A program made the translations under genes and the position numbers. Below are positions 54,707-64,000 of a stretch of DNA of 64,000 nt, in pieces. Location: NCBI GenBank assembly GCA_012510495.1, contig JAAZHX010000075.1, forward strand, positions 1,064 through 65,063. The letters run 5' to 3'. Source of the stretch: Smithella sp. GTDB lineage: Bacteria > Desulfobacterota > Syntrophia > Syntrophales > Smithellaceae. The notes beneath the pieces were generated by a model. That model was not told the origin of the DNA, made no database searches, and saw only the letters and a list, made by a program, of their open reading frames with translations. The first letter of the stretch is position 1, and the number at the start of each line of letters is the position of its first letter.

Positions 54707-55972
54707 TTGAGTTCGGATATTATTATTCTGCTGATTCTTTTTTTGTTTTCCGGTTTCTTTTCGTCGGCGGAGGCGGCTCTCCTGTCTCTTTCGGACCTTC
54801 ATCTGCACAAGATGAAGTCGGACAATTATCCTTTCCTCAATTCCGTGGTGAAGCTGTTGGGGCATCCCCGGCGTCTGCTGATCACTGTGGTGACCAGCAA
54901 TGAAGCCGTCAACATCAGTATTTCCATTCTGGCCGCGTCCTTCTTTATCGCGCTGTTCGGCGAGAAAGGGCAGTGGATTTCCATCGTTGCCACGTCCATC
55001 GTTCTTTTTCTGGCCGGCGAGGCTATTCCCAAAACTTTCGGCGTAACGTATCCCATGCAGATCTCATCGGCTGTGGCGCCGCTGCTGCTTTTGATTTCCC
55101 GTCTGGAACGCCCGATCGTCGTGGCGCTGGAAAAAACGCCGGAACTGCTTCTGAAACGCCTGGGCCAGCGCAGGATGGACGGCGCCGACGTCCTGACGGA
55201 AGACGAGTTCAAGCATCTGGTTGACGCGGGCAGCCGGGAAGGCGTGGTGGATGAATCCCAGAAAGAGCTCATCAAAACGATTTTTGAATCGGGAGACAGG
55301 CCGGTGACGGACATCATGATTCCCCGCGTGGAAATGTTTTGCCTCGCCCTGGACATGCCGGTTGCGGACATTATCCGGGAAGTGGTGGCCAGCCGCTGCG
55401 AACGGGTGCCTGTTTACCGGGACGACCGGGATGACATTGTCGGCATTCTCTTTGCCCGCGACCTGCTTGGCAGCGCCCTGCCGACCGGATCGGACGCCTC
55501 GATTGAAAAAAGTCTGGTCAGACCCTATTTTGTCCCCGAGAGCAAGACGATCAACGGGTTGCTTTCCGATTTTCAGGAAAAATCGATACAGATCGCCATC
55601 GTCGTGGATGAATACGGCGGCGTGTCCGGCCTGGTGACGCTGGAGGATATTCTCGAGCATCTGTTTGAGGAGGCCTACGGGGATGACGACACGGCATGCT
55701 ACGAGTGCGACATGCCGGATGCCGACACCCTTGTGGTTCCCGGCCGGATGTCGATCGAACAGGTCAACGAACTGCTGCAGGCCTCCCTGCCGCAGGAGGA
55801 ATTCGACACCATCGGCGGCTTTGTTCTGCATCTGTTCGGGAAAATGCCGGAGCGGGGAGACATGATCCATTTTGGATGCTACACCATCCGGGTGGAAAGC
55901 GTGGGTAGAACGCGCATCCTGAAAATCCGGATTGAAAAGGAAAAGCTGGCGCGGACGGAGGAAGACGAATGA
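54707..55972 (+). CDS. CNNM/HlyC-CorC family protein
   Basis: SGFFSSAE, GEAIPK, CBS pair, VVDEYGG, CorC domain. Confidence 0.92.
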   Translation: MSSDIIILLILFLFSGFFSSAEAALLSLSDLHLHKMKSDNYPFLNSVVKLLGHPRRLLITVVTSNEAVNISISILAASFFIALFGEKGQWISIVATSIVLFLAGEAIPKTFGVTYPMQISSAVAPLLLLISRLERPIVVALEKTPELLLKRLGQRRMDGADVLTEDEFKHLVDAGSREGVVDESQKELIKTIFESGDRPVTDIMIPRVEMFCLALDMPVADIIREVVASRCERVPVYRDDRDDIVGILFARDLLGSALPTGSDASIEKSLVRPYFVPESKTINGLLSDFQEKSIQIAIVVDEYGGVSGLVTLEDILEHLFEEAYGDDDTACYECDMPDADTLVVPGRMSIEQVNELLQASLPQEEFDTIGGFVLHLFGKMPERGDMIHFGCYTIRVESVGRTRILKIRIEKEKLARTEEDE

Positions 55973-57264
55973 GCCTCTATCTGATGATCGCCGCCATCGT
56001 GCTTTGTCTGATCCTGGAAGCCCTCTATTCCGGCGGGGAAGTCGCGCTTTTTTCCTCCGACATCAACAAGATCAAATGTCATACGCGTGGTGGATCGTCC
56101 TCCGCCCGTCAGGCGGTCAGGCTGAAGGAGCATCCCGAATGGTTTATCTCCACAACGCTCATCGGCACCAATCTGGCGATCATTGCCGCTTCCACGCTGG
56201 TCACGGGGCTTCTGATCAAATATTTCGGGGCGAAGCAGGGCGAGCAAATCGCCTTTCTGATCATGCTGCCCGTCCTGTTTATCATGATTGTCATCCGCAG
56301 CATCTTCCAGCACTACGCGGAGACGATGGCCATCCGGGTGGCTCATTTTATCCGTCTTTCCTCTTACATATTTTATCCGCTGGCCTATGGCGTCGCGGCG
56401 ATTTCCCGGGGCGCGGTGAATCTTTCTTCCGATCCGAAAATCCGGCAACACTCCTATATTACCAAGGAAGGGTTGAAGTATATTCTGGGGGAAAAGACGG
56501 AAGGCGGCGACATTCTGACCGCGGAAAAGGAAATGATCAGCCGCGTTTTTGATTTTTCCGAACTCACGGCGGAAAAGATCATGGTTCCCGTTTCCGCGCT
56601 GACGGCCCTGCCGCAGCAGATGAAGCTTGATGAAGCGGCCCGCGTGGTCGCAGCGAAAAAATATCTGCGCATTCCCGTTTATTCGGACACGGTTTACAAT
56701 ATTGTCGGCATCCTGCATTATTTTGATCTTCTCGACGCGCTGCTGAAAAGCCGGCAGGAGCCGGAAGCGAAAAACGACGCGACGGTGGCCGACTGCATGC
56801 GGAAGGATGTGTTTTATGTTCCGGAAGCGAAAAAGGCCGTGCCGTTTTTGATTGACATGCAGAGACGGCGTGAGCACATGGCCGTGGTCGTGGATGAATA
56901 CGGCGGCGCGGTCGGAATTGTGACCATGGAGGATATCGGGGAGGAAATTATCGGCAGCATCGATGAAGAGTACAACAAGGGGAAAAAGCTTCACAAAAAG
57001 ACGGCTCCCGGCCGGTACCTGGTGAACGGGCGGATGAAGATAGAAGATTTGAACCAAATCCTGCCGACAAAGCTGCCCGAAGGCAATTATGAAACGCTTG
57101 GCGGTTTTCTGATTGCTCAGGCGGGGAGAATCCCCCTGCGCCGGGAAAGGCTGGAATTCGGCGGGACGATTTTTGTCGTGGAGGATTCGGATCAGAAATC
57201 CGTTCGGGAAGTTCTGGTGATTGCGCCGCAGTCCCTGGAGGGATTGCGGACGCCTGCGGGGTAA
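55969..57264 (+). CDS. CNNM/HlyC-CorC family protein (second copy)
   Basis: YSGGEVA, TTLIGTN, VVDEYGG, YETLGGF. Confidence 0.92.
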   Translation: MSLYLMIAAIVLCLILEALYSGGEVALFSSDINKIKCHTRGGSSSARQAVRLKEHPEWFISTTLIGTNLAIIAASTLVTGLLIKYFGAKQGEQIAFLIMLPVLFIMIVIRSIFQHYAETMAIRVAHFIRLSSYIFYPLAYGVAAISRGAVNLSSDPKIRQHSYITKEGLKYILGEKTEGGDILTAEKEMISRVFDFSELTAEKIMVPVSALTALPQQMKLDEAARVVAAKKYLRIPVYSDTVYNIVGILHYFDLLDALLKSRQEPEAKNDATVADCMRKDVFYVPEAKKAVPFLIDMQRRREHMAVVVDEYGGAVGIVTMEDIGEEIIGSIDEEYNKGKKLHKKTAPGRYLVNGRMKIEDLNQILPTKLPEGNYETLGGFLIAQAGRIPLRRERLEFGGTIFVVEDSDQKSVREVLVIAPQSLEGLRTPAG

Positions 57265-57271
57265 GGAGCAG

Positions 57272-58027
57272 ATGCTGGAAAAAAATTCGCAGTTCTGCGC
57301 GCTGATTCTGGCGGCGGGCAAAGGCACCCGCATGAAATCGGATATGGCCAAAGTCCTCCATATGCTGGAGGGAAAGCCGCTGTTGCACTACTGCCTGAAG
57401 GCGGCACGCAAGGCCCGCGCGGAGAAAATCGTTGTGGTTGTCGGGCATCAGGCGGGCAGGGTGAGAGAAGCGTTTCCTTATCCGGATTTGATTTTCGTGG
57501 ATCAGATGCCGCAACTGGGGACCGGACACGCCGTTTTGCAGGCTCGTGACGTTCTTAAAGATTATACCGGTCTGACGGTTATTCTCTGCGGCGACGTGCC
57601 GCTTCTGAAGCCGGAAACCATTCGGTCGCTGATCCGTCAGCATCGGGCCGCGCAATCCTGTGTCACCGTTTTGACAACCGAGCCTCCCGGGCCGCACGCG
57701 TATGGACGCATTGTAAAAGATGGCCGGGGCGAAATCCTGAAAATCGTCGAGCACAAGGACGCAACCGAAGCCGAAAGAAAAATTCTCGAAATCAATACGG
57801 GCATTTACTGCGTCGACACGCCGTTTTTGTTTGCCGCGCTGGCCCGGGTCAAAAACGACAACCGGCAAAAGGAGTATTATCTGACGGATATCGTGGAAAT
57901 TGCCCGGCGTGAAGGCAGGAAGGTTCATGCCTTCCTGACGGCGGATGATGTGGAAGTCATGGGGATCAATACGCCGGAAGAGCTGGAAAAAGCGGGAAGC
58001 TATCTGAAAACAGTGGATAGTGGATAG
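57272..58027 (+). CDS. Nucleotidyltransferase, GlmU N-terminal domain only
   Basis: LAAGKGTRMKS..KVLH, QLGTGHA, GDVPL, YGRI, EINTG, EYYLTD; stops before any hexapeptide repeats. Confidence 0.9.
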   Translation: MLEKNSQFCALILAAGKGTRMKSDMAKVLHMLEGKPLLHYCLKAARKARAEKIVVVVGHQAGRVREAFPYPDLIFVDQMPQLGTGHAVLQARDVLKDYTGLTVILCGDVPLLKPETIRSLIRQHRAAQSCVTVLTTEPPGPHAYGRIVKDGRGEILKIVEHKDATEAERKILEINTGIYCVDTPFLFAALARVKNDNRQKEYYLTDIVEIARREGRKVHAFLTADDVEVMGINTPEELEKAGSYLKTVDSG

Positions 58028-58302
58028 CGATCCACTCCACGGGTTTGGGGCTTTGTTGGGGAATAACTTGCCGATCCCGGGATAACAGAAGTGGATGGAA
58101 AAAGGTGATAAGTGGAAAGAAGGGCGATGCATTCAAGGAAGGTGAGGGAGAGGGTTCAGGGAAGGCATGTTGGAGATACCTGTTCGCTCTCCGAATCCCT
58201 CTCCCCCTTCGGTAGGATTAAAAAAGGGGAATTTTAGCGGTTAGTGAATTTAACCGCACTGATTGTATTTGTTTCAGCCAATCGTCTTTTCAATAAATGA
58301 CT

Positions 58303-58318
58303 AGCATTCAGTATGCCA
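58303..58318 (-). promoter_or_regulatory. sigma54 -24/-12 promoter
   Basis: TGGCAT-ACTGA-ATGCT (GG-N10-GC), divergent from the bEBP gene. Confidence 0.75.
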
Positions 58319-58401
58319 AATCTTAAATAATTTTAGAGTGTTGTTTTGTTTTGATTTTTTAAAATTTCTCTGGATTTTTGTATCAAAAAATGTTTTACAA
58401 A

Positions 58402-58439
58402 TGTCTCATTGAGACAATATTTGAGACATTTGTGAGACA
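58402..58439. promoter_or_regulatory. Enhancer (UAS) repeats TGAGACA
   Basis: TGTCTCA-t-TGAGACA palindrome plus TGAGACA at 58422 and 58433. Confidence 0.75.
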
Positions 58440-58470
58440 ACCGTCCGGTTGTTCAGGGTAGGAGTGCGGC

Positions 58471-60498
58471 ATGACACAAGAGTCCAGGTCGGCAAAACGA
58501 AGGCTGCTTCGGGACATTAATCTGATGGGCGCGGAGTACTACGAGAAATTTTACCAGCAGACCTATCTGGAATGGAAAAAATTTGTTTCAGGCGACCGCA
58601 ACATTGACCACTCCATTATACCAAGGCAGGTGTTTGATTCGTGGGTAAGCTGTGCTGCGCTTGGCCTCGATCCGTTTGCCCATCCGGAAAATGAAGTATT
58701 GACTGGAGATGCGCTGGAAGCTCTCCTTGCGGCGCACAGGGAATTTATTGATGTCAGCCGACCGTTTATGAAAAGCCTGTACCGCTTTCTGGAGGGGTCG
58801 GGATTTATGGTCAGCCTTCTGAACAGCAAGGGGTATGTGCTGGAGATTTTTGGCGATCCCGAAGAGGACCGGCTGGTGCAGACGGCCAGAGGCTATGCCG
58901 GGGCCTGCTGGGACCTGAAAAATTCGGGCAACAATGCCGCGAGCGCTGTGGTTTTTTATAAAAAGCCCGTGCAGGTGTTCGGCGCGCAGCATTACATCCG
59001 AATGTATCACGGCGCGACCGGATGCGGGTCGCCTGTTTTTAGTCCGGAAGGACATCTGCTGGGCTGTCTCGCGCTGTTCGGAAGGTATTACCGCGCCAAC
59101 CCTCACACTCTGGGCATGACGGTGGCGACGGCAAATGCTATTGAAAACGAGCTGCGCACCCGCAAGGCTCTGTCTGAAACCCGCGTGGCCTACAGCTATC
59201 AGCAGACAGTGATCTCGTCGATTCAGGAAGCGCTCATCGCGGTGGATTCCGCGGGCCATGTGAAGCTGATGAACCAAAACGCACGGAAGATGTTCCGACT
59301 CCCGGAGGATGCCGACTTTGAAGGGCGGAGGCTCCGGGATATTTTCAAACGGGGAAACGAGCAGTTCTTTGATCTGATCGAAAACCAGGAGACCGTCACC
59401 GACACGGAAGTTCGCATTTTTTTCAGGCATCTTTCGGGCGATTTTACGTTGACCTGCAATCCGATTTTGTCGTCGGACAAAAACATGATCGGCAAGATCA
59501 TTGTTCTCAATAAAATTCAGCGGGCCAAGTCCATGGTGACCCGGATGATGGGGGCGACCGCCAATTTTTGCTTTGAAGATATTCAGGGGAAAAATCCCCG
59601 CTTTTTGAGGACGGTGGACCAGGCCAGAATGGTTTCCCGGAGCCGCTCCAATGTTCTGCTTTTGGGAAAAAGCGGAACCGGCAAGGATATTTTTGCCCAG
59701 GCCATTCACAATGAGAGCGACCGGAAGAGCGGTCCCTACGTCGCCATCAACTGCGGTGCCATCCCCCGGGATTTGATTGCCAGCGAACTGTTCGGACATG
59801 AAGAAGGCGCCTTCACGGGGTCGCGGCGGGGCGGCAATCAGGGCAAATTCGAGCTGGCCGACGGCGGCACACTGTTCCTCGATGAAATTGCCGAAACCCC
59901 GCTAGAGCTGCAAACCGCTCTTCTGCGGGTCATCGAGGACAAATCCGTACTGCGCATCGGCGGCACGTGCGTCCGGCCGGTGAATGTGCGTATTATTTTT
60001 TCGACCAACAAGGACCTGCGGGAAGAGGTCCGCAGGGGAAATTTTCGCGAGGATCTTTACTATCGCGCCAACGTCTTCGCCATCGAGATGATTCCGCTCA
60101 GGGACCGGCTCGATGACATTCCTCTCCTGGCGGACTGCTTCATCAGGCGCTATGCCGTGGCGATGAAAAAAAGCATCACCCGCGTGGACGAAAAGGTGAT
60201 GGAGGCGTTTATGAATTATACCTGGCCGGGAAATGTGCGGGAGCTGCAGAACGCCATCGAACGAATGGTCAATTTTCTCCAGACGCCTGTGCTGACCGCC
60301 GATCTCATTCCGGACCATATCCGCCGTCCGGGCGGCGCGGATACCTTCGGCGCGGATGTCGAAACGCGTCCGGAAGCCGACCGGGAGATGCTGGCCGGGC
60401 TGCTGAATTCGAAAATGCCCAAAAACCGCATCGCCCGGAAAATGAACATCTCCCGCGCGACGCTTTACCGGAAGATGAAACAGTTCAATTTGCGGTAG
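58471..60498 (+). CDS. AcoR-like sigma54 activator (GAF-PAS-AAA-HTH)
   Basis: SW..C GAF start, GKSGTGKD, GAFTGS, LFLDEI, WPGNVREL, ISRATLYRK. Confidence 0.94.
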   Translation: MTQESRSAKRRLLRDINLMGAEYYEKFYQQTYLEWKKFVSGDRNIDHSIIPRQVFDSWVSCAALGLDPFAHPENEVLTGDALEALLAAHREFIDVSRPFMKSLYRFLEGSGFMVSLLNSKGYVLEIFGDPEEDRLVQTARGYAGACWDLKNSGNNAASAVVFYKKPVQVFGAQHYIRMYHGATGCGSPVFSPEGHLLGCLALFGRYYRANPHTLGMTVATANAIENELRTRKALSETRVAYSYQQTVISSIQEALIAVDSAGHVKLMNQNARKMFRLPEDADFEGRRLRDIFKRGNEQFFDLIENQETVTDTEVRIFFRHLSGDFTLTCNPILSSDKNMIGKIIVLNKIQRAKSMVTRMMGATANFCFEDIQGKNPRFLRTVDQARMVSRSRSNVLLLGKSGTGKDIFAQAIHNESDRKSGPYVAINCGAIPRDLIASELFGHEEGAFTGSRRGGNQGKFELADGGTLFLDEIAETPLELQTALLRVIEDKSVLRIGGTCVRPVNVRIIFSTNKDLREEVRRGNFREDLYYRANVFAIEMIPLRDRLDDIPLLADCFIRRYAVAMKKSITRVDEKVMEAFMNYTWPGNVRELQNAIERMVNFLQTPVLTADLIPDHIRRPGGADTFGADVETRPEADREMLAGLLNSKMPKNRIARKMNISRATLYRKMKQFNLR

Positions 60499-61513
60499 CG
60501 GGCCAGAGCACCTCGCCCAGCGCCATGCGGCACAGGTCGGTGATGAATATTTTCGGCAGACCGGCTTTTGCGACAGGCGCGCCGAGGACGACATCGCACA
60601 TGGGACAGATGGTGATCAGGGCTTCGGCCTGGTGGTCCAGCGCATCCCGGATGTTGTCGTTCTGCATTTTTGCCGCCAGCTCCCGATTGACGGCCAGCGC
60701 TGGCCCGCCGCAGCAAAGAGCGTCCACTCCTTCGTATTTTCTCGAAACGCGTTTCACGCCGATGAGATCGAAAATTTCATCGAGCCAGGCGTCCTGATGG
60801 GGAATCCACCGGACGGCGCAGTTGGGCTGATAGGCGATTTTCCGATTCAGCGCGGTGATGCCCGGCGCGTTATTTTTCAGATAGTCCCGCAGGTACTCGA
60901 ACAGGTGCAGATACCGGTAGGGGACGTCAATGCCCAGCTCCTTCGCCCTGACATGGGCCAGAACATATCCTTCGTTATGAAGGTAAACGATGTCTTTGCC
61001 CAGCGCGGCCAGCCCTTCAATCACTTGCCGGGCGTAACGTCCGGTAAGACTCGCGCCTCCCATATGGCACATGCCGACCAGGGAAGCGAAACTTTTTCCC
61101 CGGACCACCGTCATGCCTTTGAACATGGCGCTTTCCATCGTTCCTTCCGGGAACTGTTTGATGCCGAAGGAGTCCATGGACAAAACAGGTTTATCCGCTT
61201 CTCCTTCGATGATCCGGTTCGGGCCGCCTTCATCAAACCCCTGAATAACGGCGTCTATAAAAGGCTTGAACCCTGCGACAATCGGGCTGACCCCGGTTTT
61301 CTCCTGCAGGGTATAGATGAGATCGGCCGGATCAGCGCCGGTCGGGCAGTTTTGAACACAGGCGTTGCAGGTAATGCAGTGCGTCAGAATGTCCGCCGTC
61401 CGGCCTTCCATGAGAAGTTTGATTTCACGCGCGGCCCTGTCCTTGTCGTAATCGACATAACGGCACTTGACCAGACAATCACCGCACAGATCGCACTTTG
61501 AAGCATCCCACAT
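60485..61513 (-). CDS. Fe-S oxidoreductase ((Fe-S)-binding, CCG domain)
   Basis: CDLCGDCLVKC, CITCNACVQNCP, CCGG, CPMC. Confidence 0.88.
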   Translation of the reverse strand: MWDASKCDLCGDCLVKCRYVDYDKDRAAREIKLLMEGRTADILTHCITCNACVQNCPTGADPADLIYTLQEKTGVSPIVAGFKPFIDAVIQGFDEGGPNRIIEGEADKPVLSMDSFGIKQFPEGTMESAMFKGMTVVRGKSFASLVGMCHMGGASLTGRYARQVIEGLAALGKDIVYLHNEGYVLAHVRAKELGIDVPYRYLHLFEYLRDYLKNNAPGITALNRKIAYQPNCAVRWIPHQDAWLDEIFDLIGVKRVSRKYEGVDALCCGGPALAVNRELAAKMQNDNIRDALDHQAEALITICPMCDVVLGAPVAKAGLPKIFITDLCRMALGEVLWPATAN

Positions 61514-61534
61514 GATTTTATCTCCTTCCGGATT

Positions 61535-62239
61535 TTAGGAATTTTTTGGAATTTCGAGGAAGGGCGGCAGGTTCGGACGATGCCGCACATCCGCCAGGAC
61601 GGGATAGCGGAACCCCATGGCATGCGTATCCGCCAGCGCCTTCATCATCAGGTCGATTTTGCTTTTCGGAATCGTGAATATGAGCTCGCCGTCCTGCGTG
61701 GACGCATAGACCCTGGTTCCGCCCGAGGGAAGGATAAACTGGCTCAGATCCGTTTTGACCGTGCGCGCCACGATGTCGCCGCAGCTTCCCATGCCGGTCG
61801 CTAATGTCGGTCCGATGCCCCCGCCTCCGTTGGCTGCCGCCTGCGCCAGACGCATGGCCTGCGCGGAGTTGACATACAGAGCGATCAGGTCCGGCTCAAA
61901 ATCGGTCCGTTCAATGGGCGCCGAGACCATAAAGGCATATTTACCCGGTTCATGCTTCGTTTCCGGATCGCCTGTGCCTCCCTGGGGAGAGTCCATAAAT
62001 CCCATGGCGATGTGGCCCCCGATGCAGCATTGATCTTCCTTGCCGACAGCCACGACCATGCCGTGTCGCCGGGAAAGGGACCAGGCCTGGCAAAGCGCGA
62101 TCGGATGCCCCATGTCCCGGACGGGGATTTTGACTTTGGCCGGAAGCGCTTCCCCTGCCGCGAACAGCCTGACGGCAACGGGAAAAGTCTGCGGCCGGAT
62201 GTAGGTGTTCAAGGTTTCATTGACTTTTTTCGGATCCAT
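61535..62239 (-). CDS. DUF169 family protein
   Basis: PVAVRL, CQA, G..AMG, PDL, QAMRL, SCGD. Confidence 0.85.
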   Translation of the reverse strand: MDPKKVNETLNTYIRPQTFPVAVRLFAAGEALPAKVKIPVRDMGHPIALCQAWSLSRRHGMVVAVGKEDQCCIGGHIAMGFMDSPQGGTGDPETKHEPGKYAFMVSAPIERTDFEPDLIALYVNSAQAMRLAQAAANGGGGIGPTLATGMGSCGDIVARTVKTDLSQFILPSGGTRVYASTQDGELIFTIPKSKIDLMMKALADTHAMGFRYPVLADVRHRPNLPPFLEIPKNS

Positions 62240-62255
62240 GCCTTCCTCCTTTCTT

Positions 62256-63059
62256 TCAAACCGGGTCCTTGAATTTTGGCGGTTGCCCGGTGAAGTTTGC
62301 GTTCACCGCCTCGAGCTGGTTGGGACTGCCCATGAGCGCCATCATCAGTTCGGATTCCATCATGAGCCCCCTGGCGGAATCTCCGTGCCAGACTTCATTG
62401 ATGAGCTTTTTCGCCGCGCGCACGGCATCGGGACTTTTGGACGCGATTTCCCGGGCCAGAGCCATGGCCTCCTCAAGGGGTTTCTCGCAGACGTGCGTCA
62501 CCAGATTCAACCGGAGAGCTTCTTCGCCTTTGACCACCTTGCCTGTGAAAATCAGTTCCTTGGCCACGTCCATCGGCACAAAATCGCGGATGGTCTGGGT
62601 AACGCTCATATCCGGAATCAAGCCCCATCTCATTTCCATCAGCGAGAGCTTGGCTTCAGGCGTGCTGAAGCGGATATCCGCCCCCATGGCGATCTGGAAC
62701 CCGCCCCCGAGCGCTACGCCGTGAATGGCCGCGATCACCGGCACGGGAAGTTCTTTCCATCCGTAGCCGACATGCTGGTAGATGTTCGTGATCCGATTCT
62801 GATAACGCTGTGTCAGATTGGGAAAACTTTTTTCTCCGGACAGGAGAGCCGCGAAGTTCTCGACATCCAGCCCGGCGCAGAAGCTCTTGCCTTCGCCGGA
62901 AATCACCACGACCCGGACGCCGGGTTCCTTTGCCAGCCGGTTGATGGCATCGGCAATGGCGTCGATCATGTCAAAGCTGAGCGCGTTGTATTTTTTTGGC
63001 CGGTTGAAACGGACATCCGCAACGTGATCTGCGATTGAAATTTTTACCAGTTCATTCAT
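62256..63059 (-). CDS. Crotonase/enoyl-CoA hydratase family protein
   Basis: NRPKKYNAL, FCAGLD, HGVALGGGFQIAMGADIR, EMRWGLIPDM. Confidence 0.93.
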   Translation of the reverse strand: MNELVKISIADHVADVRFNRPKKYNALSFDMIDAIADAINRLAKEPGVRVVVISGEGKSFCAGLDVENFAALLSGEKSFPNLTQRYQNRITNIYQHVGYGWKELPVPVIAAIHGVALGGGFQIAMGADIRFSTPEAKLSLMEMRWGLIPDMSVTQTIRDFVPMDVAKELIFTGKVVKGEEALRLNLVTHVCEKPLEEAMALAREIASKSPDAVRAAKKLINEVWHGDSARGLMMESELMMALMGSPNQLEAVNANFTGQPPKFKDPV

Positions 63060-63076
63060 AATTGACTCCTTTCAGT

Positions 63077-64000
63077 TTATATTGCCTCTACCCGGCAGGG
63101 CACAAATCGATGCATCGGCGTGCCGAACCGGTCTCGGTGCGTGTTTTTCGTCAGGCGGTTGACGTTCGCGCCGTATTTGACGCCGTCGTACACCAGGCCG
63201 AAGCCGTGCGGAATGACCACGTGACCGGGGCGCGCGGTATCCGTGATTTCCAGTTCAATCTCTTCGCTGCCGGCTTCCGTGGTAACGTTGACCTGTTGAG
63301 CGTCTTGGAGATGTAACGCCGCCGCGTCGTCCGGATGCATCGCCAGCGTGCAGGCGCGCTTGCCTTTGTTCCAGGCGGGATCGCGCATGTTGGTGTTCGC
63401 ATTCATGTCCATGTGACGGCCGGCCATCAGAATCAACGGAAATTCGGAAGGCAGCGCCAGAGCCTTTTCTTCCGCCTCCGCCTCAATGGTTTTCAGTTCA
63501 TCGAGCAATTCGGGGATGTGCAGGTGAATTTTGCCGTCTTCGGTTTTTAACTGGGTGAAATTATTCTCAGCGTCAATCCTGCCCACCCAGACGCCTTCCG
63601 GATGATCGATAATTTCCTGGAACAATTCATCGCCCAGGCCCGGCCCCGATTTGAATCCGGCCCGGATGGCGTTTTCCCGAAAGGATTTGGGAGCGGTCTG
63701 CAGCATCCCCCAAAGCGCCGCCAGATGGACGGAACCCAGAGCCTTGCCCAGCGTCTTGCCCAGAACAAACGGCATGGCTTTCAGGGCTTTTGCCTCCGTC
63801 ATCGCATATTCCATCAGCGCTTTACCGAAGGTTGCGCGGTCTGCAAAGGCCGCCTGATAAAGGCTTTCCGGAATCGGCGGAATCAACCCCAGTTTGTCGG
63901 CGATCCGCAGATGAATTTCTCCCAGTTCCAGTTGTTCTCCGTCCGGTTCAACGATCGGCCGCCGCATTTGAAAATGAATGCCGGGATAGGTCATGGGGAA
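63077..64000 (-). CDS. Molybdopterin oxidoreductase, C-terminal part (runs off the window)
   Basis: PLILMAGR, MHPDDA, RPGHVVIPHGFG, NVNRLT bisMGD-binding domain. Confidence 0.88.
   Translation of the reverse strand, partial: FPMTYPGIHFQMRRPIVEPDGEQLELGEIHLRIADKLGLIPPIPESLYQAAFADRATFGKALMEYAMTEAKALKAMPFVLGKTLGKALGSVHLAALWGMLQTAPKSFRENAIRAGFKSGPGLGDELFQEIIDHPEGVWVGRIDAENNFTQLKTEDGKIHLHIPELLDELKTIEAEAEEKALALPSEFPLILMAGRHMDMNANTNMRDPAWNKGKRACTLAMHPDDAAALHLQDAQQVNVTTEAGSEEIELEITDTARPGHVVIPHGFGLVYDGVKYGANVNRLTKNTHRDRFGTPMHRFVPCRVEAI

Noticed and set aside
58012-58040. Short heptamer repeat AGTGGAT x2 with a partial inverse
   Set aside because: Too few copies to call an array; at most a weak hairpin
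56948-58132. 394-aa minus ORF as the target of the sigma54 promoter
   Set aside because: Mostly antisense to the glmU-like and CNNM genes; no RBS or domain signal

Overview
GC-rich chromosomal segment of an anaerobic deltaproteobacterium; gene content and style suggest Syntrophales/Smithella-like (inference). It opens with the end of an rRNA operon (23S 3' end, 5S) and decayed IS fragments. It then carries zupT, a deoxyhypusine-synthase-like gene, two YeeE/YedE genes, a PerR-rubrerythrin-desulfoferrodoxin cluster, larA-family plus lysoplasmalogenase genes, tRNA-Glu and tRNA-Phe, an uncharacterised glycyl-radical-enzyme operon, prmA-rsmE, PAS kinases, two ADP-forming acyl-CoA ligases, purL, rlmN, icd/aconitase, mtgA-cysteine desulfurase-queG, vapBC, a split PurH pair, kdnA-like, archaeal-type purD, two CNNM genes, an AcoR-like sigma54 activator and the tail of a Mo-oxidoreductase/crotonase operon. 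Most striking: (1) a ~1.4 kb very AT-rich segment with archaeal (DPANN-like) promoter, RBS, RHH gene and class III signal peptide, joined to a half attC site behind vapBC; (2) the GRE-activase-PNPOx-like operon; (3) a sigma54 promoter with enhancer repeats that has no protein-coding target and may drive a structured RNA; (4) a MITE nested in the terminal repeat of a RAYT-like remnant. All calls come from reading motifs by eye; no searches were run.
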